In this document: in pieces, positions 1 to 4,443 of the stretch
Layout: every line of letters begins with the position of its first letter
Numbering within the stretch: position 1 is the stretch's first letter
Source: a virus
Lineage: Duplodnaviria > Heunggongvirae > Uroviricota > Caudoviricetes
Reading direction: 5' to 3' (one strand)
Length of the DNA stretch: 4,443 nt
Virus record (IMG/VR): IMGVR_UViG_2675903289_000009
Notes under the pieces: generated by a model
What the model saw: the letters and a program-made list of their open reading frames with translations, nothing else
What the model was told of the DNA's origin: nothing
The model's database searches: none
Translations under genes and position numbers: made by a program

Positions 1-231
1 ATGGTAGTGTCCGCTATTGCCAGTACACCTCATCCATCACCGAAAAAAATTGGCTTTTACACCATTGGCGATAAAAGCATTTACCTGTATGACCTACGCC
101 GCATGGATGAAATCATGGAGGCTCTTGATAATCGTTCGTCGATGGATTGGTGTGTTGCTGTTCATGATATGAATGCAGGGTTTGATGAAAAGATTTTGTT
201 CCCCTCATCAGTTGAAAGCACTGCGGGTTAA
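1..231 (+). CDS. hypothetical phage protein, 3' portion (gene probably starts upstream of the window)
   Basis: Frame open from position 1 to TAA at 229-231; the stop is followed by AAGGAG and the ATG of the next gene. No family recognised from the 76 visible residues. Confidence 0.45.
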   Translation: MVVSAIASTPHPSPKKIGFYTIGDKSIYLYDLRRMDEIMEALDNRSSMDWCVAVHDMNAGFDEKILFPSSVESTAG

Positions 232-241
232 GGAGTAACAC

Positions 242-409
242 ATGACCACTATTACCAAAGAACGTATTGAATTGTTCATTAAAAACCCGCTTGAAAACGG
301 GCTTACCCGTGGTGAACAAATGGAACTGGCACGGATTGCGCTGGCATCGCTGGAAGCAGAGCCGGTTGTGTTCTGGTTTGAAAAATATCAAGAAGGGGCT
401 ACGGCATGA
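242..409 (+). CDS. small hypothetical protein, 55 aa ([55 protein letters not shown])
   Basis: ATG at 242 preceded by AAGGAG (230-235) with a 6-nt spacer; 55 codons, then TGA at 407-409 overlapping the ATG of the next gene (ATGA at 406-409). Absent from the supplied ORF track, presumably because of length. Translated by hand. Confidence 0.55.
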   Translation: MTTITKERIELFIKNPLENGLTRGEQMELARIALASLEAEPVVFWFEKYQEGATA

Positions 410-957
410 CGACTTTTACCAGAGAGCAGTTAATAGCTCACGCAGAGGAGACTATTGAAGCACAGAGACTGTGCATACCGGGCACAATCGACCATGACAT
501 CATCCGCACATATAAGATGGATATTGCTGTTCTGGAAATCGCNNNNNNNNNNNNNNNNNNNNNNNNNNNNNNNNNNNNNNNNNNNNNNNNNNNNNNNNNN
601 NNNNNNNNNNNNNNNNNNNNNNNNNNNNNNNNNNNNNNNNNNNNNNNNNNNNNNNNNNNNNNNNNNNNNNNNNNNNNNNNNNNNNNNNNNNNNNNNNNNN
701 NNNNNNNNNNNNNNNNNNNNNNNNNNNNNNNNNNNNNNNNNNNNNNNNNNNNNNNNNNNNNNNNNNNNNNNNNNNNNNNNNNNNNNNNNNNNNNNNNNNN
801 NNNNNNNNNNNNNNNNNNNNNNNNNNNNNNNNNNNNNNNNNNNNNNNNNNNNNNNNNNNNNNNNNNNNNNNNNNNNNNNNNNNNNNNNNNNNNNNNNNNN
901 NNNNNNATTCGATTTGCCGCTGGGGATAAAAACGGTTTGCGGGAAAAGGAGAGTTAA
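406..957 (+). CDS. hypothetical protein, interrupted by a 364-nt N run; 3' end unresolved
   Basis: ATG at 406 in ATGA overlap with the upstream stop; a protein-like N-terminus ([45 protein letters not shown]) runs into the N run at 543. The N run is not a multiple of 3, so the frame after it is unknown; the end is 957 if the frame is kept, 961 in the other open frame. Confidence 0.4.
   Translation: MTTFTREQLIAHAEETIEAQRLCIPGTIDHDIIRTYKMDIAVLEIXXXXXXXXXXXXXXXXXXXXXXXXXXXXXXXXXXXXXXXXXXXXXXXXXXXXXXXXXXXXXXXXXXXXXXXXXXXXXXXXXXXXXXXXXXXXXXXXXXXXXXXXXXXXXXXXXXXXXXXXXXIRFAAGDKNGLREKES
543..906. other. run of 364 N (unresolved or masked sequence)
   Basis: Literal n characters in the sequence; length not a multiple of 3. 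Confidence 1.
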
Positions 958-964
958 GTAGAAT
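937..964 (+). promoter_or_regulatory. candidate sigma70 promoter of the hok mRNA (-35 TTGCGG 937-942, 16-nt spacer, -10 TAGAAT 959-964)
   Basis: Hexamers read directly. The predicted start (~971) coincides with GGGTGCTTGAGG, which resembles the 5' end of the plasmid R1 hok mRNA (GGCGCUUGAGG) as I recall it. Confidence 0.4.
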
Positions 965-1020
965 TGCAGCGGGTGCTTGAGGCTATCTGTCTCAGGCATG
1001 AACACCAAAAGGCAGATAGA

Positions 1021-1092
1021 GAAAAGCCCCAGTTAACATTACGCGTCCGGCAAGACGCTTAACATTAATCTGAGGCTCAATCTATGAACGGC
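1021..1092 (-). ncRNA. sok: predicted Sok-like antisense RNA (approximate ends)
   Basis: Predicted start ~7 nt downstream of the - strand -10, near 1092. The transcript would be antisense to the leader ORF GAGG (1072-1075) and ATG (1084). It contains a 9-bp hairpin with one mismatch (UUAAGCGUC-UUGCCG-GACGCGUAA, complement of ~1039-1062). The 3' end is placed at a short U run (complement of 1021-1026); it is not a canonical terminator, so the end is uncertain. Confidence 0.45.
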
Positions 1093-1296
1093 AAATCTAG
1101 GTTAGCCTCTTACGTGCCGAAAGGCAAGGAGAAGCAGGCTATGAAGCAGCAAAAGGCGATGTTAATCGCCCTGATCGTCATCTGTTTAACCGTCATAGTG
1201 ACGGCACTGGTAACGAGGAAAGACCTCTGCGAGGTACGAATTCGAACCGGCCAGACGGAGGTCGCTGTCTTCACAGCTTACGAACCTGAGGAGTAA
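1084..1296 (+). CDS. mok: mok-like leader ORF, here in frame with hok (70-codon ORF giving an N-terminally extended Hok)
   Basis: ATG at 1084 with GAGG at 1072-1075; 19 codons upstream of and in frame with the hok ATG. The alternative frame that would match R1 mok has TAG at 1098-1100 and no start codon. Confidence 0.45.
   Translation: MNGKSRLASYVPKGKEKQAMKQQKAMLIALIVICLTVIVTALVTRKDLCEVRIRTGQTEVAVFTAYEPEE
1099..1127 (-). promoter_or_regulatory. candidate sok antisense promoter on the - strand (-35 TTGCCT = complement of 1122-1127; 17-nt spacer; -10 TAACCT = complement of 1099-1104)
   Basis: Hexamers read from the reverse complement. Their position between the leader ORF start and the hok start, and their spacing, match the R1 sok promoter arrangement as I recall it (TTGCGC - 17 nt - TATCCT). 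Confidence 0.5.
1141..1296 (+). CDS. hok: Hok/Gef family membrane toxin, 51 aa (MKQQKAMLIALIVICLTVIVTALVTRKDLCEVRIRTGQTEVAVFTAYEPEE)
   Basis: ATG at 1141 with AGGAG at 1127-1131. Single hydrophobic transmembrane segment followed by the conserved ...TRKxLCExR...EVAxFxAYE... periplasmic tail typical of Hok (compare R1 Hok [52 protein letters not shown]). Closely resembles HokD/RelF as I recall it. Confidence 0.9.
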   Translation: MKQQKAMLIALIVICLTVIVTALVTRKDLCEVRIRTGQTEVAVFTAYEPEE

Positions 1297-1345
1297 GAGA
1301 CCAGGCGGGGGAGAAATCCCTCGCCACCTCTGATGGGTCAGGCAT

Positions 1346-1358
1346 CCTCAATGCACCC
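1346..1358 (+). promoter_or_regulatory. fbi-like 3' element complementary to the mRNA 5' end (971-982)
   Basis: CCTCAATGCACCC (1346-1358) is the reverse complement of GGGTGCTTGAGG (971-982) apart from one bulged T. This matches the long-range 5'/3' pairing that keeps full-length hok mRNA translationally inert. Confidence 0.6.
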
Positions 1359-1364
1359 ACACTT

Positions 1365-1398
1365 AACCCGCTTCGGCGGGTTTTTGTTTTTATTTTCA
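1365..1398 (+). terminator. Rho-independent terminator of the hok transcript
   Basis: AACCCGC-TTCG-GCGGGTT hairpin (1365-1382) followed by TTTTTGTTTTTATTTT. Confidence 0.85.
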
Positions 1399-1404
1399 AC
1401 GCGT

Positions 1405-1434
1405 TTGAAGTTTTAGATGGTGCCGGAATAGAAT
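1405..1434 (+). promoter_or_regulatory. candidate sigma70 promoter for the downstream rem-like/DUF968/rusA/Q gene string (-35 TTGAAG 1405-1410, 18-nt spacer, -10 TAGAAT 1429-1434)
   Basis: Hexamers read directly, in the 118-nt gap between the hok terminator and the next RBS. Speculative. Confidence 0.3.
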
Positions 1435-1516
1435 CAAAAATACTTAAGTAGCGCGCAGGGAGAAGAGGGATGGACCCCGAACAGGGGAGTGCTATTTATC
1501 TGGAAGGATTCTGTTG

Positions 1517-1798
1517 ATGAAAATCGAAGAATTACGTGAAATTTTTAGTGAAGATGGCCTCTATACTGTGCGCGTTGAGAATGGCGCTATTGTCAGCCAC
1601 TGCCTTCCAGACTACACAATTCTGATAATTCAGCCGTCTTTGCCAGCAGGCACGGGCGGCGCTCTCACGCATTTAAATCTGATTGGTACCAGCATCCCCC
1701 ATGCACTGAAGAACAGGCCGAATGGCTCATTCAGTGTTACCGCAGGCGCGGATGCGAGGTTAAAAAAGCCCTTAGCCTCGACTACCGTCACTGGATAA
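1517..1798 (+). CDS. small hypothetical protein in the rem position (between hok and DUF968); the C-terminal part is probably encoded in the -1 frame (see findings)
   Basis: ATG at 1517 with GGAAGG at 1502-1507. The N-terminal ~40 aa are protein-like (MKIEELREIFSEDGLYTVRVENGAIVSHCLPDYTILIIQP); the later part of this frame is low complexity. A start-less overlapping frame is open from 1579 to TAA at 1870-1872 and looks more protein-like. Confidence 0.5.
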   Translation: MKIEELREIFSEDGLYTVRVENGAIVSHCLPDYTILIIQPSLPAGTGGALTHLNLIGTSIPHALKNRPNGSFSVTAGADARLKKPLASTTVTG

Positions 1799-1873
1799 TC
1801 TCCGTCAGGCTCCCTTACTCCGAACGGCCAACGCGTCCGTCCCGCACATTCCAGCAACGGATCTGGAGGTAAT

Positions 1874-2990
1874 GTGCGGGTATTACTTCGACCTGTTCTG
1901 GTACCGGAACTCGGTCTGGTTATCGTTAAGCCAGGCCGTGAATCAATGTCAGCATTCCATAACGGCAGAATACTGGTGGAGCCGGAACCAAAAAGCATGC
2001 GTAATCTGNNNNNNNNNNNNNNNNNNNNNNNNNNNNNNNNNNNNNNNNNNNNNNNNNNNNNNNNNNNNNNCCGGGGTCGTTCCTGCCGCTCGCCAGCCGC
2101 TGGTGGAAGACAAAACATTGCTGCCGTTTTTCAGTAACGCACGGGTGATTCGTGCTGCTGGTGGTGCTGGTGCATTGTCTGACTGGCTGTTGCGCCATAT
2201 TAAATCCTGCCAGTGGCCACACGGCGATTATCATCACAGCGAAACCGTCATTCACCGTTATGGTACCGGCGCAATGGTGTTGTGCTGGCACTGCGACAAC
2301 CAGCTGCGTGACCAGACATCCGAATCACTCGAGCAACTTGCTCATCAAAACCTGTCAGCATGGATGATTGACGTCATCGGTCACGCAATAAGCGGTACGC
2401 AGGAGCGTGAATTATCTCTGGCTGAATTATCCTGGTGGGCGGTCCGCAATCAGGTGGCGGACGCGCTACCGGAAGCGGTATTACGTCGTTCGCTGGGGTT
2501 GCGTGCGGAAAAAATTCGCTCTGTGTACAGTGAAAGCGACATCATACCGGGAGAGCAGACAGCCACCAGCATACTGAAGCAGCGCACAAAAAATATTGCG
2601 TTACTGCCTCACGTCCACCAGCAACAGAACCCACCACAGGAAAAGACGGTGGTCAGCATTGCCGTTGATCCGGAGTCACCGGCTCAGTATCTCCAGCGCC
2701 AGAAATCACAACGGGAAGAGATGCCTGTATACACGCGCTGGGTAAAAACGCAGAAATGCATGACGTGTGGCAATCAGGCAGATGATCCGCATCACATCAT
2801 TGGTCATGGACTGGGAGGGATGGGAACAAAGGCTGATGATTTGTTTGTTATTCCGTTATGCCGTAAATGCCGTAACGAACTACATGCCGGAGTAAAAGAT
2901 TTTGAAGAGAAACACGGCAGTCAGCTGTTGTTGCTGATTCGTTTTTTAATGCACGCGAGAAATTCGGGTGTTCTGAAGTGGAAAGCATAA
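1874..2990 (+). CDS. DUF968 family protein (YdfU-like) with a C-terminal CxxC...HH...CxxC-N-x2-H HNH-like motif; N-terminus and frame across the N run uncertain
   Basis: After the N run there is a long ORF in one frame ending at TAA 2988-2990, with a C-terminus (CMTCGNQADDPHHIIGHG...LCRKCRNELH) that I recognise as typical of prophage DUF968 proteins. Before the N run the protein-like frame is the GTG-1874 frame (VRVLLRPVLVPELGLVIVKPGRE...), not the ATG-1872 frame used by the ORF track. GGAGG at 1865-1869. Confidence 0.75.
2009..2070. other. run of 62 N (unresolved or masked sequence) inside the DUF968 gene
   Basis: Literal n characters; length not a multiple of 3. Confidence 1.
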
Positions 2991-3371
2991 ATGACCGAGC
3001 GCATAGAATTTGTTTTACCTTACCCGCCGACGGTGAACACTTACTGGCGTCGTCGTGGCAGCACATATTTTGTATCAAAAGCCGGGGAGCGTTATCGCCG
3101 GGCAGTGGCGCTTATTGTTCGCCAGCAGCGGCTGAAATTAAGCCTGTCCGGAAGGTTGGCAATAAAAATTATTGCAGAACCACCGGATAAGCGCCGCCGT
3201 GACCTGGACAATATTCTGAAAGCGCCGCTGGATGCGCTGACGCATGCGGGGTTGCTAATGGACGATGAGCAGTTTGATGAAATCAATATCGTTCGTGCTC
3301 AGCCAGTATCTGGTGGACGTCTGGGGGTGAAGATTTACCCCATAATGCATGAAGAGCAGGTCAAAAAATGA
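2991..3371 (+). CDS. rusA: RusA-family Holliday junction resolvase (crossover junction endodeoxyribonuclease), 126 aa
   Basis: ATG at 2991 directly abuts the DUF968 stop. The protein shares the RusA hallmarks with E. coli RusA as I recall it: LPxPPxxNxY near the N-terminus, PDxRRRDLDN acidic catalytic motif, ALTxAGxxxDDxQ and GGRL near the C-terminus. Confidence 0.92.
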   Translation: MTERIEFVLPYPPTVNTYWRRRGSTYFVSKAGERYRRAVALIVRQQRLKLSLSGRLAIKIIAEPPDKRRRDLDNILKAPLDALTHAGLLMDDEQFDEINIVRAQPVSGGRLGVKIYPIMHEEQVKK

Positions 3372-3637
3372 AACTGGAAGATTTACCGAAATACTACTCC
3401 CCAAAATCCCCTTGCCTGACCGATGCATCGGCCTCAACGTCAAAAGATGCGCTGAGTATCACTGATGTGATGGCCGCGCAGGGCATGACACAGAATCGGG
3501 CTGAGATGGGGGTTTCTGCGTTCCTTGGGAAAATGGGCATTAGTATGAATGACAGAGAGCGGGCAACAGAATTGCTGACAGAATATGCACTCAGTCGGTG
3601 TGATCGCGTGGCGGCGTTAAGAAAACTCCCGGCAGAA
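3368..3637 (+). CDS. late-gene antiterminator Q (phage 21/933W/Qin type), N-terminal 90 codons up to the N run
   Basis: ATG at 3368 in ATGA overlap with the rusA stop. The N-terminus (MKLEDLPKYYSPKSP...TDVMAAQGM...FLGKMGISMND...) matches the conserved N-terminus of this Q family as I recall it (MRLESVAKFHSPKSP...TDVMAA...). It sits in the Q position downstream of rusA. Confidence 0.75.
3511..3637 (+). repeat. direct repeat copy 1 (127 nt of Q coding sequence)
   Basis: Aligns without indels to 3767-3893; I count 12 mismatches in 127 positions. Confidence 0.9.
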
Positions 3638-3766
3638 NNNNNNNNNNNNNNNNNNNNNNNNNNNNNNNNNNNNNNNNNNNNNNNNNNNNNNNNNNNNNNN
3701 NNNNNNNNNNNNNNNNNNNNNNNNNNNNNNNNNNNNNNNNNNNNNNNNNNNNNNNNNNNNNNNNNN
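3638..3766. other. run of 129 N (unresolved or masked sequence) inside the Q gene
   Basis: Literal n characters. Confidence 1.
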
Positions 3767-3893
3767 GTTTTCTGCGTTCCTGGGGAAAATGGGCATCAGT
3801 ATGAATGACAGGGCGCGGGCAACAGAATTACTGGCAGATTATGCACTCAGTCGGTGCGATCGTGTGGCGGCGTTGAGAAAACTTCCGGCAGAA
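3767..3893 (+). repeat. direct repeat copy 2 (127 nt of Q coding sequence), offset 256 nt from copy 1
   Basis: See copy 1. An offset of 256 is not a multiple of 3, so the two copies lie in different reading frames. Confidence 0.9.
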
Positions 3894-4443
3894 ATAAAAC
3901 CGGTAGTGATGCGCATTATGGCTTCGTACGCTTTTGAGGATTATGCCCGCAGCGCAGCGAGTAAAAAGCAGTGCCCTTGTTGCTATGGGGAAAAATTTAT
4001 TGAAAGCGTAGTTTTTACAAACAAGGTCCAGTATCCGGATGGTAAGCCGCCGGTATGGGCAAAGTGTACGAAAGGTGTGTATCCGTCTTACTGGGAAGAA
4101 TGGAAAAAAGTCAGGGAGGTGGTAAAAGTTGCCTGTCCGGAGTGTGGCGGAAAGGGTGAGGTTTCCACCGCCTGTAAGGATTGCCGTGGGCGTGGTGTCG
4201 CCATTCATCGTGAAGAGTCGGTAAAACGTGGTATGCCTGTTATCAGAGACTGCCAGCGTTGTGGTGGTCGTGGCTATGAAAGACTACCATCAACGGAGGC
4301 ATTTAATGCTATATGCGAGGTGACAAACCAGATAACACGCGCGTCATGGGAAAAAACAGTTAAGAAATTCTATGATGCGCTGGTGACTCGGTTTGATATT
4401 GAAGAAGCATGGGCTGAGCGGCAGTTAAAAAAGGTAACTAGGT
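3768..4443 (+). CDS. antiterminator Q, C-terminal portion with four CxxCxG(xG) zinc-finger repeats; continues past the window end; frame is +1 relative to the N-terminal portion
   Basis: Frame open from 3768 to the window end and not in the ORF track. It restarts at FSAFLGKMGISMND..., repeating the pre-gap segment, then continues ...MASYAFEDYARSAAS...CPCCYGEK...CPECGGKG...CKDCRGRG...CQRCGGRG...SWEKTVKKFYDALV...KKVTR, which parallels 933W-type Q proteins as I recall them. Confidence 0.8.

Larger units (their letters stand above)
971..1398 (+). other. hok: predicted full-length hok mRNA transcription unit (~428 nt) of a hok/sok-type type I toxin-antitoxin locus
   Basis: Bounded by the candidate promoter and the intrinsic terminator. 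The leader and 3' UTR parallel the R1 hok mRNA organisation: 5' element, antisense target over the leader ORF start, toxin ORF, 3' fold-back element. Confidence 0.6.

Noticed and set aside
113-391. 92-aa ORF on the - strand
   Set aside because: Lies entirely antisense to two + strand genes that have RBSs and coupled starts; no RBS and no recognisable protein features.
267-458. 63-aa + strand ORF ([12 protein letters not shown]...)
   Set aside because: Alternative frame overlapping the better-supported 242-409 and 406- genes, which have an RBS and ATGA coupling; the peptide is not protein-like.
430-1008. 192-aa - strand ORF and the 455-961 + strand ORF spanning the first N run
   Set aside because: Their length comes mostly from Ns translated as X; the real sequence parts are short and lie antisense to, or out of frame with, the gene starting at 406 and the hok leader.
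1033-1067. 9-nt direct repeat TTAACATTA (1033-1041 and 1059-1067) as a possible protein-binding iteron or att-like site
   Set aside because: It lies within the predicted antisense-RNA/leader region and flanks the hairpin arms, so RNA structure explains it better; too short to support a separate feature.
1471-1500. Small hairpin CCCC-GAACA-GGGG (1475-1487) as a possible terminator or attenuator
   Set aside because: Only a 4-bp stem with no following T tract; too weak to call.
1872-2008. ATG-1872 frame as the DUF968 N-terminus (MCGYYFDLFWYRNSVWLSLSQ...), as in the ORF track
   Set aside because: The peptide is W/Y/C-rich and atypical, whereas the GTG-1874 frame is protein-like. The ORF track joins this frame to the true downstream frame only because Ns are read as X. 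Not fully excluded.
1630-2291. - strand ORFs 1630-2118 and 1926-2291
   Set aside because: Antisense to the rem-like and DUF968 genes; partly bridged by Ns; low-complexity translation.
2152-2367. 71-aa + strand ORF inside the DUF968 gene
   Set aside because: Out-of-frame overlap with the DUF968 ORF; cysteine- and threonine-rich, implausible peptide.
2848-3443. - strand ORFs 2848-3078, 3092-3286, 3255-3443 and + strand ORF 2978-3190
   Set aside because: All overlap the confidently identified rusA and DUF968 C-terminus in other frames or antisense.
3768-3808. C-terminal extension of the ORF-track Q ORF (VFCVPGENGHQYE, ending at 3808)
   Set aside because: This is the wrong frame after the N run; the homologous Q frame is +1 and stays open to the window end.
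3828-4208. 126-aa - strand ORF
   Set aside because: Antisense to the Q C-terminal coding region, which has strong family-level features (zinc-finger repeats, conserved C-terminal motifs).

Overview
This window looks like the early-to-late regulatory (nin/Q) region of a lambdoid enterobacterial prophage, with every supported gene on the + strand. In order: the 3' end of an unknown gene (1-231); two unknown genes (242-409, 406-~957) joined by an ATGA overlap; a complete hok/sok-type type I toxin-antitoxin locus (~937-1398) with promoter, in-frame mok-like leader, Hok toxin, antisense sok promoter, 5'/3' complementary ends and an intrinsic terminator; a small rem-like gene (1517-1798) with a reading-frame discontinuity; a DUF968/YdfU-like gene (1874-2990) with an HNH-like C-terminal motif; rusA (2991-3371); and a phage 21/933W-type Q antiterminator (3368-window end). 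The order hok - small gene - DUF968 - Q resembles what I recall of the E. coli K-12 Qin prophage, but relBE is not visible upstream and rusA sits between DUF968 and Q. Three N runs (543-906, 2009-2070, 3638-3766) each fall inside a gene, and at two of them the coding frame does not carry across. The third is flanked by a diverged (~90% identical) direct repeat of a 127-nt Q segment, which suggests a scaffold join between two Q paralogues or an internal duplication. I see no clearly novel multi-gene system; the most interesting signals are the intact hok/sok architecture, the rem-like frame break with a slippery heptamer, and the interrupted Q gene. All family assignments are from memory of sequence, not from database searches.
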